NCBI GenBank assembly: GCA_038087875.1
Contig: JAXLNO010000630.1
Span: 1-64,000 of the forward strand
Direction of reading: 5' to 3'
Length of the DNA: 64,000 nucleotides
Source of the DNA: Malacoraja senta
Taxonomy: Eukaryota
The position numbers were made by a program, and so were the translations under genes. The notes below the pieces were generated by a model, which saw only the letters and a program-made list of their open reading frames with translations, made no database searches and had not been told where the DNA came from. Positions 1 through 12,689 of the stretch are shown piece by piece. Each line of letters starts with the position of its first letter. Position 1 is the first letter of the stretch.

Positions 1-53
1 AGGTCTGGACCAATCGCTGACAAGTCCCGCCCCCGGCAACGTCATGCACAATA

Positions 54-3000
54 AGATACTCACCTCTTGGGAACGCTGATCCCTTGACGTATTTATACAT
101 TGTTTTTTATGTGGTATGTTCTGTTTACTGTTTATTAACCCCTTCAGGAGCGGGGTTACTTAATATTGATATCATCTACGGAAGTTATCACGAACCACAC
201 CACCATTGGGTGGTATCCACTAGCAGCATTTCTATATGCTGTAATTTCCATTGTTTTTCTTTTTCACTTTCTACCTTTTCTACTAAACAGCTGAACTATT
301 TTTATTAATGTACATTTTTCTGGGAGATATCTCCGGGGGGATAGGGGAAAATTGGACAGGGCTCCCACACCCAGCAACTAAAGGAATCATTTCAAATTTT
401 ATGTTGGACCATTTGAATCAAAGGAAACCATATAAGTATTAAAATGCAAGACGACGTTGCTAGGAAAATTGGAGGAATTACATTTTGCAGTTGGAACGTC
501 AGGGGCGTTAACGAGCCAATTAAAAGGGGAAAAGTACTAGCCCATTTAAAATCTATTAATACTGATATAATATTTGTGCAGGAGACGCATCTCAAAAATG
601 GAGCTCATAATAGGCTGAAGGGTAGCTGGATTGGTCAATTACATCATTCTCCCTTTTCTTCCAAAGCAAGAGGAACTGCAATCCTAATTCGCAAATGTAT
701 ACAATTTAAACACAAATCCACTATAGCCGATAAGGAAGGCAGATACATTATAATATCCGGGGAACTACACTCAACCCCACTGATTATGGTGAACATGTAT
801 GCTCCTAATTTCGATAATCCACAATTCTTTAATAAAATATTTAATATAATCTCAGACTCCTGTCAGCAGAATCTGATGATTGGAGGAGACCTAAATTGTG
901 TACTAGATCAATATTTGGATAGATTTTCACAGAAAAGGAAAAGTACTTTAAAATCAAAAACTACTGAACTTTTAAATACCTACATAAATAATACAAATAT
1001 AACCGACGTATGGAGGATTGCCAACCCATCCGGAAGAAAATACTCTTTTTATTCAGGTGTTCACAAAACAAATACACGAATTGATTATTTCCTGGTGGAT
1101 GCAAAACTTAACCCTTTTACCTATAATCCCAAATATCATAATAATATAATTTCGGACCATTGTCCATTAACCTTCTCCTTAAAATTAGAAGGAATGTATA
1201 GTAAAAAAGCGTTTTGGAGATTCAACCCACAAATACTAACTGAGCCAAGTTGTTGTGACTATCTGAAGCTACAGATGAAAATATTCTTTGAGACAAACGA
1301 TACACCCGGTATCTCTGCAACATTATTGAGGGAATCATTCAAGGCCGTTATCAGAGGCTGTATTATCTCTTACCAATCTTTTCAAAATAAGAAAAACAGG
1401 ACGGAACAATTGGAACTAGAAAAACAAATTAAACAGCTTGATTTAGAAAATGCGATTGACCCAACCACTGCAAAAGATAATAAGATAGCCGCATTAAAAT
1501 TTAAATTAAATCACATCCTTTCCTGCAAAAGTTATTAGGATATTTCAATATACTAAGCAAAAACACGTTGAATTTGGTGACAAACCACACAAACTCAACT
1601 CGCCAACTCCGCAAATCAGAGAAAGACCATACTATTCAAAAAATTTGATCAGAAAAAGGAGAGTTGCTCACACTGCCTAAAGATATTAATGAAATATTCT
1701 TAAAATTCTATCAAAACCTATACTCATCAAAACAACAGCCGACCCTGTAAAGATTAAAAGTTTTCTTGAAAATTGCAACCTCCCATCCCTAAATGACGAG
1801 GAACGAGATCAATTAGGCGCTGAGATAACTACAAAAGACATTGAAGAGACTATTAAATCACTGAAAAGTGCAAAAAAGCCAGGTCCGGACGGGTTTAGTA
1901 ATGAATTTTACAAAAAATTCAATGATTCAATTTCCCCACGCTTACGAGACCTTTATGTGCATGCTTTTAAAGAGCAGACCTTACCACTAACCCTGGCCGA
2001 ATCAACCATTACACTGATCCCCAAAAAAGATACAAATCTTGAAGAGCCTGGGTCATATAGGGCAATAGGTCTTTTAAATACAGGACAGAGGATATTAGCC
2101 AAGACTTTGGCACGCAGATTAAGCCTGTTTATTAGTAAATTAATGCATCCAGATCAAATTGGGTTTAAACCTAAGCGACATTCGTTTTATAACTTGAGGT
2201 TTGTTTAATATAATATACTCGAACAGAACGATAAACGAAGATTTAACAATTATCTCCCTAGACGCAGAAAAAGCTTTCGACCAAGTGGCTTAAATTTTTA
2301 CAGTGTTGGAAAACTTTCAATTAGTAGAAAACATCATCTTATGGCTGAAGCTGTTATATAATAATCCGACAGCCAGAATACTGGCAAACCAAATTATTTC
2401 AACTAAATTTCACTTATCCAGGGGTAACAGACAAGGATGCGCCCTTTCACCAATATTATTTGCTTTAGCCATAGAACCCCTCGCAGAGAGTATTAGAGAT
2501 TAGAGATTAGAGATTCCTTTATTTGTCTTAGTATTAGTATTAGTATTAGAGTACATTCGGGTATTTGTCTTAGTATTAGTATTAGTATTAGAGTACATTC
2601 GGGTATTCATGGATATAACACTAAATATACCAGTAACAGGATTCCGTTATATGCAGACAATGTACTTTTATACATTACTAACTCCCAAATATATTAAACG
2701 TTATAGAACAATTTGGTGCCTTTTCATGTTATAGAATGAATTGGAATAAAAGTGAAATTATGCCAATACAAGCTCAAGATCCTTCTCAAGTACACAAATT
2801 TCCCTTCAGAATTGTTACCGAAAAAGTTAGATACCTCGGAGTTTACGTGAGTAGAATATACACCTCCCTATTTAAAACAAATTTCCCACCACTAATTACT
2901 AAACTAAATGCCCACAATCAATTCTGGAAAACACTCCCTATTTCCCTTATAGGTAGTGTAAATGCCATAAAGATGATCTTCCATCCATAACTCCTATATT

Positions 3001-4595
3001 TATTTCAATCAATACCGATATATCTCCCCAAAAGTTTTTTTCAAAACAATTATTACAAACTTCATCTGGGACTACAAAATCCATAGAATACACAAAAGAC
3101 ATTTGTGTAAATCCAGAGAAAATGGAGGATTAGCTCTTCCTAACTTTCTTTTCTACTATTGGGCGACTAACATCAAAAACATAATTTTCTGGATGGATGA
3201 TACATGTCAAAAGGTAAATTGGTTAAAAATGGAGAGGGAAGATTGTTTGCCTTTTTAACATAGGCCCGATTCTTCTATTGCCAATACATCTGAATAAATC
3301 AACGTATGGGCAAAATCCGATAATACACAGTACCCTACGTATCTGGAAACAGTTGAAATTAAGTCTCAAACTGAGAAAGTTGTCCCTCCTTCTGCCTATT
3401 GCTAACAATCCCTCGTTTAAACCGTCTACTTTAGATAAGGCGTTTGCTCAATGGAAAAACCTAGGAATTAAAACCGCGGGAGACCTCGATAAGAAGGGGA
3501 CTTTTCTCTCTTTTCAACAACTACAGGAGAAATATCATTTGAAAGCAAGCAATCTTTTTAGATATCTTCAAATCCGCGATTATGTGAAAACATACACAAA
3601 AGACTGTCGTTTTATGGGTCCAGATATATTAGACGATTGTTTGAATAGACATGCCGACACAAGTAAGTTGATATCTTACATTTATAACACTCTCTTAAAT
3701 GTGGATGCCCCACCTACTGAGATGTATAGGCGAGCATGGGAAGACGAATTGGGTTTGTCAATTTCAAAAGATATATGGGAGGAAAGCCTACTATACATAC
3801 ATTACTGCTCTCTCAATGTCAGGCATTCCCTGATCCAATTCAAAATACTGCATAGGCTATACTATTCAAAGACTAAATTGAATAAGATTTTCCCAACTGT
3901 CTCGCCTATCTGTGATAAATGTCACCTCCAAGAAGCTACCTTAACCCACTCCTTTGCATCCTGTATAAAGAAACAAATCTTCTGGATGGGAATATTCGAT
4001 ATCTTTTCTAAAACACTTAAAATTAAACTGGAATCAGATACAAAACTAATCACTTTAGGTTTCTCAGTGGCCTGTTCTAAGCTAACGATATTTTAAAGAC
4101 GCTTCCTTGATACGGCCTAATAACTGCGAACAAACTCATACTCAAATTCTGGAAAAAGACAACATTTCCCACAGTGAAGATGTGCATTACTGACATGTCC
4201 GAGGCACTACATTTAGAACACATTAGGCTTGTTTTGGCTGATAAAGTAGACAAGTTCTCCAAAACATGGTCTCCTTTCACTGAATTTCTTCAACAACAGA
4301 ATGGTTGAACACAAATTTAAAACCGATGCTTGGGATGGGTGAGCGGCGGGGGGAGGACAGTGGCGCATATCATCTTCTTTTTTCTCATTTCTATTTTTGC
4401 TTCTCGCACTTCTTTGGTAGTTCAGCGGTCTTTTCTTCTCTCCCTTTTGCATTTTCCTTCTTTTTCTTCATTCTTTCCTTTTTCTCTTTTTTTAAATTAA
4501 TGTATTAATGTATAAAATGTTAAAAAATAAAGCTGTACGAAAGTTGTATAACTTTCATGCCGATTGCTTTATTCTTGTACTATTGCTACTAATAA
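54..4595 (+). mobile_element. L1-clade LINE, copy A, 5'-truncated (no ORF1), decayed
   Basis: APE endonuclease (SWNVRG, QETH, GGDLN, RIDY, SDH), RT remnants (PGPDG, QGCALSP, YAD-N), C-terminal C-x2-C..H..C motif, T-rich 3' UTR. Confidence 0.95.
444..4308 (+). pseudogene. L1 ORF2 (endonuclease-reverse transcriptase), broken into several ORF fragments
   Basis: ORFs 444-1538, 1957-2208, 2303-2503, 2736-2990 and 3278-4096 are collinear pieces of one ORF2. Confidence 0.93.
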
Positions 4596-4600
4596 GGACA

Positions 4601-4900
4601 GAGAAGGATGACCTCAGACTTACTCTCGTTTAGTTGGAGGAAGTTCTGGGCCATCCAACACTTTATATCCTCGAGGCAGTGGATAAGGTTAAGTAAATTT
4701 GATCGGTTTTTGGGCTTCAGGGGAGATAGAGTTGTGTATCATCTGCATAGCAATGGAAGGAAATGCCGTGCCTTTGAATGACTTAGCCTAAGGGGAGCAT
4801 ATACAGAGAGAAGAGAATGGGGCCAAGGATGGAACCTTGTGGACCCCGCAGCAGAGGCTAGCTGGGGAGGAGAAAGAGTTGCCTATGTTTGTAGATAATA
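4601..4900 (-). mobile_element. L2-clade LINE RT fragment
   Basis: Matches 47034-47330 and the L2 copy at ~26445-26710; minus strand gives YADD-like and WMAQNFLQLNESKSE motifs. Confidence 0.85.
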
Positions 4901-5339
4901 AGTTTACAATTCGTATCGGCTTCATGTTTGGGACCAAAGGTATACTCGTCATTTAACAGCTGCAGTTATCGCACGGATGGTTTATTACGAGAGTATCGCA
5001 TCAGCATATCATAAGCAAAAATAAAGTTCTATAAAAAGAAACAGACGAAATGCTGGAGTAGCTGAACACACGAGGGAGCATTCATGTAGAACATGGGAAT
5101 GTGACGCTTCAGACGAGATACTTTAGTCCGAGAAAGGGTGCAGAACCGACAATTTAACTATCCATGTTCTTCAGAGATTCAACCTGATCCGCGGAGTTAC
5201 TTTAGGATTCTGTGTCTTTCCTTTGTAATCCAGCATCTGCAGTTTCTTCTTTCTATTTACCTGTTTCTAACCACAAGCTGCCATTGCGGAACAGAAGAGT
5301 CGCCACATCCCCTTATGGCCATGACATACGGTCATGACA

Positions 5340-5590
5340 ATCATAAGTCATAGATTGATACAGCTTGGAAACAGGCTCTTCGGCCCCACGCCCACACCGG
5401 CCAACTATCCCGCGTTTAGCCATATCCCACTTACCCGCGTTTAGCCATATCCATCCAAACATGTCCTATCCATATAATTGTCTAACTGTTTCTGAAACGT
5501 TGGGGTAGTCCCTGCCTCACCGTGCTCTTCTGGCTGCTTGTTCCACGCATCCACCACCCTTTGCGCGCAAATATTACCCCTCAGATTCTT
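5340..5590 (-). mobile_element. CR1-clade LINE 3' fragment
   Basis: Minus translation LRGNICAQRVVDAWN...LDNYMD is the CR1 ORF2 C-terminus. Confidence 0.8.
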
Positions 5591-5591
5591 A

Positions 5592-6100
5592 TGGTAGGCA
5601 GAAAAAGGCTGGAGGAACGGGTGAGGGAGCACCAATGGAGCGAAGGAATAGGTGACGTTTCGTTTCGAGACTCTTCTTCAGATTGACGTGGGGGTGTGGG
5701 GAGGGGCGGGGAGAAGAAAGGAAGACGCGAAGACAGTGGGCAGGGAAGGGGAGGGGAAGGAGGGAGATAGCAAGGACTACCTGAAATTGGAGAAGTCAAT
5801 GTTCATACCGCGAGGGTCTAAACTAGCCAAGCTAAATATGAGGTGCTGATCCTCCAATTTGCGGTGGGATTCACTTTGGCCATGAACATTGACTTCTCCA
5901 ATTTCGGGTAATCCTTGCGTTCTCCCTGCTTCCCCTCCCCTTTCCAGCTTTCCCACAGCCCACTTTCTCCGCCTCTTCCTTTCTTCTTCCCGCCCCCCAC
6001 CCTACATCAGTCTGAAGAAGGGTCTCGACCCGAAATGACATCTTCGCTCCATAAATGCTGCCTCACCCGCTGAGTTTCTTCAGCATTTTTGAGTCTACCT
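5592..6100. mobile_element. Inverted pair of Penelope-like 3'/pLTR fragments
   Basis: Inverted copies of the gtctgaagaagggtctcgacccgaaacgtc...ctccagca repeat, with the QHLIFRLG..GMNIDFSNF tail. Confidence 0.75.
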
Positions 6101-7169
6101 GTGTAGTGACTCCTACTGGCCATGTTCGGTAATACACCTAATTTGTAACTGGTTGACATTGTGACCTTGTCATGTGACCTTTGCCGGGACTGGAATGCAG
6201 AACAGTGGAGGCAGCAGCACATGTTTTGGTCTTGGTAATTTTTGTGAACATCTGCAATCATCTTTTGTCTTTTGAGCATCAACAGTATGTGTTGCAATGT
6301 TTAATGCTTACTTATGTTTGGAATTGGTTATTTTAGATAGAATGTTTATTTACAGTGTTATTGCAGTAAGTTTGCATTCAGCGTATTTCTTATTTCTACG
6401 CCTTTTTGTACTTGTAGTTTCACACATTCCTGATTCAATAAACATGTGGACAGAAGAGTTTGCGTCTTTAGAGTCTTTGATAAAGGAATGTGTTTAAGCT
6501 GACTGTCAACATTTATCGAAACGAAGTAAGCACTGTTAACTGGCAAGGCAGTGAGTAAAATTGAAGCGCAGTCAACACTTCAGATTTAACTGCCTTATTG
6601 AAAGTTTCTGATGTTGAACCGAACACATGAGTAAGACGAGGTTCACATCTTGGCACTCATGCGGGAGCATGACTTGTTTCTCACGGGTGACCACTTGGAT
6701 TTCATTCATGTGTGCTATCGGAAAGCTGAAAAATGTGAATATGCCGAATACGTTTCCAAGATGGCGCAGAACACAGACGACTATTTGCGTGTAAGCCTCA
6801 GAAGCAGATCTACAAACACATATTACAATCGCTCCACACTCTTATATCTCTATTCTTACAGCAACATTTCTTAATTACGTCGACTCCCGACACATGAACA
6901 CTAACCACATCGACTTCTTTGGTGACCCTCGGACTTTCCTTGATCGGGTTTGCAGGCTTTACCATTCGCTAAACGTTATTCCTTTATCATGTATCCACGC
7001 ACGGTACTTAGCTCGATTGTAATCGTGTATTGTCTTTCTGCTGACGGTTTAGCACGCAACAAAGCTTTTCACTGTACGTCCGACGGAAATCGCAATCAGA
7101 ACATGGGGGAGGGGAGATACACAATTTGGGGACGCGAATTCTTGGTGGTCGCGCGCGCGGATGACCGCG

Positions 7170-7177
<8 letters not shown>

Positions 7178-7263
<86 letters not shown>
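7178..7263. repeat. (CA)n microsatellite preceded by a (CG)n tract
   Basis: Perfect dinucleotide run. Confidence 0.99.
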
Positions 7264-7264
<1 letters not shown>

Positions 7265-7941
7265 GGCTTCGGCCGTGATCCCTTTGGACAGCAACATCGG
7301 GAGCTGTCCTGGTTGGTCACCGACTCTGAACTCCAGCAACAGCAGCTTCGTCCGCCCCGAATCGCGGGGCTTGAATCGGCCCGTTCGCGGGACCTTTCAT
7401 CCCCGGCGCGGCTTAAAATCGGCCGGCGGGGACTTCAACTTCGGGAGCCTCGATTGCCTCGGTGCAGCAGTTTGATTTTAAGCCGCGCCGGGCGATGAAA
7501 TGCCCCGCTAACGGTCCGATTAAGCCCTGAGAATGCGTCTGACGCAGGCTTAAATATATCAAAACCTCCAATGTGGTAAATAACAAGTACAACGGAATTA
7601 AATAAAGGCAAATAGAAGAACCAAACTTGGAGGGGAGAGAGAGAGAGAGATGGGGAAAAATACTAAATAACGTGAGTGACCGTGAATGAGGGACTTCCCT
7701 GCAAGCCAGCTTGGAAACCAGTTCGACCAGAGCCCTTAATGACCTGACGCATTTAAATCCGATACCAGTTTAAATATTCCCATCCACCAATACATCCAGT
7801 TAGTTCAAATGGTAATTGCTCCCGCATCGGACAGCATGAAGGATTTCTCCGTGAATATCTTCAGGACTACATGAAGGTCAAAACACAATTGGACACCTCG
7901 TGTTAATACGATGTTAATGGAGACATTTAACAAGCGCTTAA

Positions 7942-8150
7942 CATTGAAACGGCCAGTTGATTGTGTCGCGGAAAGCGGAAATTTTAATTGCTTTTTCCCA
8001 CTGAATTTCAAAATGCGGATTACAAAACATGTGGGTGGGGGGGAGGTGGGGGGGGGGTGTCCCGCATCTCTCAAAACATGGGAGGGACGTGACCCCTGTC
8101 TCCCTGCGGGATTTCGGACCAAACGCCGGTACACGTGACAATCAACTAAA
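7942..8150 (+). repeat. 209-bp direct repeat, left copy (partner at 9129-9337)
   Basis: Appears identical to 9129-9337, including G-run lengths; the two copies flank an L1 fragment. Confidence 0.95.
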
Positions 8151-9127
8151 GAGTTAGCTATTAAAATTTCAAAGGAAAGTTGGAATGAATACTTATTAAA
8201 AGTACATAAATGCTCGATTAATGTAAGACACACTTTAATACAATTTAAAATTTTACATAGATTATATTATTCGAAAACTAAAATTCATAAAATTTTCCCA
8301 AACGTATCATCTATTTGTGATAAATGTCAATCCCAAGAAGCAACTATAGCGCACTCATTTGTCTTCTGTACAAAAATTCAAAAATTTTGGAATGAAATTT
8401 TTGAAATCTTTACAAAGTTATTTAAAACAAGACTGATACCCAAAGCAGAATGGATTATCTTCGGAATAACGGAAGATGATCCAGAACTAAATGTGTTTCA
8501 AAAGAAATTAATGGATTATGGGTTAATAACTGGAAAAAAGCTAATTCTAAAATTTTGGAAGAAGGCTCCAATACCAACTATAAATATGTGGATTTCAAAT
8601 ATGTTTGAAACACTACACCTTGAAGAGATAAGACTCCTCCTAGCAGGTAAACCAGATCACTTCCACCTGACGTGGTCTGCATTTATAGAATTATTACAAA
8701 CATAGGGTGCAAAAGTACTTTAAAAAAATAAAAAATTGAGGTCGGGTAAGGGGGGATGATAGCTGAAGAGTTGGTATGTCCTATTTACGTGATGCTCAAA
8801 AAAAAACATTTGTTTTTCTTTTTTTCTCTTTCTCTTTTCTTTTCTTAGGGCCTCTTTCTTAACTCTTTTTCTTTTTGTTTTTAATTTCGCTCTCATAGGG
8901 TCTTCGTCCTTTTTTGTTGTTACATTTTCTACACTTTTCTACACTTGCACTTTTTCCTTCACTTTCTTCTCTCTTTCAATCTTTTCTTTCTTTAGTGTAA
9001 AAAAATAAATAAAGGGAGTACATTAATTGTAAGAAGATATAAATGACGAGTATTAATGTATGTGGCTGTGATGTAATGTACTTCTAATAAATAAAAATTT
9101 AAAAAATAAAAAATAAAAAAAAAAAAA
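8151..9127 (+). mobile_element. 5'-truncated L1 of a different, young subfamily, with poly(A) tail
   Basis: Open frame 8151-8705 (ELAIKISKESW...CDKC..H..C...ELLQT*), T-rich 3' UTR, aataaa and A-tail. Confidence 0.93.
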
Positions 9128-9128
9128 C

Positions 9129-9337
9129 CATTGAAACGGCCAGTTGATTGTGTCGCGGAAAGCGGAAATTTTAATTGCTTTTTCCCACTGAATTTCAAAA
9201 TGCGGATTACAAAACATGTGGGTGGGGGGGAGGTGGGGGGGGGGTGTCCCGCATCTCTCAAAACATGGGAGGGACGTGACCCCTGTCTCCCTGCGGGATT
9301 TCGGACCAAACGCCGGTACACGTGACAATCAACTAAA
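9129..9337 (+). repeat. 209-bp direct repeat, right copy
   Basis: Starts right after the L1 poly(A) tail; same sequence as 7942-8150. Confidence 0.95.
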
Positions 9338-11256
9338 CCGAATCGGACGTTTGCGATCATTTCTTCCTTACCACGATAAACTTACAGCATCAATGTAATA
9401 TTTTCCTGCAAAGCCATTTTAAAAATATGAAACTTGATGTTCAACGTCAAATAAAAAATGTGCCAATGAACCACGATAATGAAGAACAACGTCATATTTT
9501 TTTTTTACTACCTGGTTAGTGGCGGGACAAGGTTCTTGTAAATCTTCTCTGCATCATTTTCCAAAACCTCCACATTATTTGTGTAATGTGGCGACAAAAA
9601 CTGCACATCTCACTCCTGTTAACTCTGGAACGCTAACTCTAGTTTCCGGCGACATTCGTGGTCTCGTTTTTCTCATTGTTTCAGATTATACGGAGACTCA
9701 AGTGCTGTGGAAGCTGCACTTACCAGGCAATTTATAATTGCATCAACAGTTTTCGAGGATTCGGATCAATGATGGAGAATGAGGAATGAAACAATGTCGA
9801 GATAAAACATATACATTTATTGAAACGTAAATCAAGCAACAGCAAACCACCCGACGTCTTCTACACGTGAGGACATTTGTTGGGATGGTTTGGTCTGGAG
9901 AAATCAAAGTCCCTGTAAACATTCTGGATCCGTGTCCGAGGAGAATTCAGGTGAACTCACTCCAAGGATACACCCTATGATCAATAAACCAAGTTTATTT
10001 CCTAATCTGAAAGCAACAGTCAGCTAACTTTAAAAATTAGGCAACATACGTAACGATAGAAATGAATCATTCATTACATCGGGCACCAAGCTCTTATTAG
10101 CTGGGTCTGGGTAGGTAAATAAGCTCATCATATATACTGTATGTAGGCTTTGGCAACTGCATTATCTGAAGACGCTTCGGCTACATTAGTTAAGATAATT
10201 GGTATATTAGTGCCTATAGGTTAATTAGTGCCTATAGGCTACTAGATGGTACTGGCTTCCCATGCGAGTTCTCTTGCTTGAGCCAAGGACTATTACTGTA
10301 CGAATCCATATTAGATGAACTGCCTGTTCTACCTCCTACTTTACTACTTTCCATCATGTTTTTGAGTTGGAATGCTGGATCATGAAAAATATTCGGATCT
10401 CAGTATATGAGATATCGGTCGAGGACACCCATTCTCTGCCCTCCTCAGACAGTGACAACATTCAGGTGGCTTCGTGTCAATTGTAACCGGGACGCCGTTG
10501 ATTCTAACGGAGTTGCAGATGATCAACGATTCGATTGAGGAATCACTATCTGGAGCTCCAGATCACTTGTTTCCTCTAGAGTGTCGTAGGCTGAGGGGAA
10601 ACCCGATAGGAGTGTTTGATATGATGAGAGGCGTAGATTGGGTACACAAACAGGTTTTCTTCCCAGGTCGAAACATCAAAGACAAGAAGATGCAGCTTTT
10701 AGGTGAGAGGGGCAAAACTTAAAGGAGATGCGCGGGGAATGTGTTTTACACAAAGCGTGTGAGTGCCTGGAACGCGGTGCCAGATGTGGTGGTGGAAGGA
10801 GATACCAAAGGTGGACAAAAGTTGGAGTAACTCAGCGGGTCATGCAGCTTCTCTGGAGAAAAAGGACGGGTGACGTTTCGCATAGGAATCCTTCTTCAGA
10901 CCGTGGGTAGAGCTCTACTTGCATGCATACCTTGTCCCTCAGGTTACACTCTAGTAATTTTTCTAGCTCAGATAATTGGCCCATTTGTCTGTAGTTTCCT
11001 GACTTTTCGTTGATGATGACTCATAAATGTCCACCAGGTGATTTATATCATAAATGACAGATTTATACGGTTTCCTCTCTAGTTTCCCACAATGTCCTCG
11101 GATATTTCTGATGGAGCCCGAGAGATGTGTCTACCTTGATAGAGGTTAGGATCTTCAGCACTTTTTCGGCCGTAATACTAACTGCTCCGAAGGCACTTCC
11201 ATTGATTACCCCCAAATTAACCGGTCCTCATATCTTTCTCCACCGTATGAACAGAA

Positions 11257-11665
11257 TGTAATTACCGGACTCGTACACAATTAGGTTTACAACACATCTT
11301 TAATTGACACTTCAGTATTCGATATGCACTACATTACATGCCCTAGCTTCGACAACTTCTGTCTGACATAGACGATTTCCTAATATTATAAAGTATGTAT
11401 TGGGCGAGACTACTAATAACAAACACTGTAATTGGCTAGCATGCTATAGCCAATCTACATCTCTTCTAGTGGAAAATAAAACTACTACGGGTTTTAAACA
11501 ATATACCGAGGGGAACATGCCAACACGATTATACAAAATCACCATATCTAATGGGTGGCCTGCAAACCCGTCCGGCCCTCGTGCGGTAAGAAACCGCCTC
11601 ACCTTCCCTAACGGGAGAAGAAAGGTGAACAGGGAGTGAGGACAGCCCTTAATATAAGATCGTGG
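11257..11665 (-). mobile_element. Gypsy 3' LTR (11257-11459), polypurine tract and pol C-terminus
   Basis: On the minus strand the LTR reads TGTAGATTGG...ATTACA, like the LTR at 39134; it is preceded by AGAAGAGA; translation YRTRAGRVCRPPIRYGDFV*. Confidence 0.8.
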
Positions 11666-12245
11666 GGGGCATGATCGATCGTAAATTAAAGGCTGAGCTC
11701 CTTCGGAACGCCTACCTGACTTTGGAACAAGCCATGCATTCATGTCGTATGTCAGAAGTTGTTGCACCACTTGCAGACCCCGTGTCTCTCCGCCCACAGC
11801 AGCAACACCACATCAATCTTACTAATCACTCTTCCAGCAAACGCTTACGGTAAAACCTGCCATCACTGTCAAAAGCTGAATAATTTTGCGAAATGTTGTC
11901 GTTCCCGTGAGACTTCCAGTGCTTCAAGGTCGAATCTGCACCTGCTCCAACAAGAGCTCTCCGATTCAGACTCCCAAGAGCTTGACACTGCCTCCCACCA
12001 TTCTGAAAATGCTGATAGTAGCTCTGCGATTCGCCCCCTCTCAGAGTCCTCTGAGAAGCTAATCGACCCTGAAGTTACTGTATTCATAAACAGCAGGCCT
12101 CTGCTAGCCAAAGTGGACACGGGCGCGAAGGTAAATGTAATGTCGATAAGGAAGTTTAACAAGATCCAACATACTGAACGAATGTAAAAGGACTCCTCCA
12201 CCCTTCGGGCTTACGGGGGTGAGGTTTTGCATCCACTTGGAAAAG
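11662..12245 (+). mobile_element. Gypsy gag-protease fragment
   Basis: LTLEQA..CR, zinc knuckle PAYGKTCHHCQKLNNFAKCC and protease KVDTGAKVNV; homologous to 39800-40500. Confidence 0.88.
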
Positions 12246-12689
12246 CTGATTCAGATATCGCCGAGCGATGGCATATCTTCGAGCATGACTACAGCTGAGA
12301 GGTCACAATGGGATTGTAGCCCTTCTCGCAACATTGTTGCTATCCAAGTGCACTAAGTCCTGCTAGCCCAAGCAAGTTTTGTGACTTTAAAAAATGCAAT
12401 TTATTTTAAGTCACAGCACACTTAGTTCTGCTTGCTAACAATTGTAATTGCATTTTTTTTAAGTTTAAAAATTTGGGACGGTGAATAAGGCGAAACATGC
12501 AGTCCCTGCGCAGTTGTCGGCTATGGGTGATTGGTGGAATATTGCGTTGGGGAACGGGTTACGTTGGGGGACCAGGCCTCCCGTGTGATCACCCATCCCT
12601 TTTTTTCTCCTGCGGGTTTCCTTTTCTGGCGTGCTCCTCAGTTCCCGACACTTCTCCAGGCATACACCCGATGCCAGCTGCGTAAACCT

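Noticed and set aside
6950..7498. ORFs with HT/CV dipeptide runs
   Set aside because: They are translations of the (CA)n microsatellite.
7942..9337. LTR/TRIM element
   Set aside because: There are no TG..CA ends, PBS, PPT or outer TSD, and the interior is a polyadenylated L1 end.
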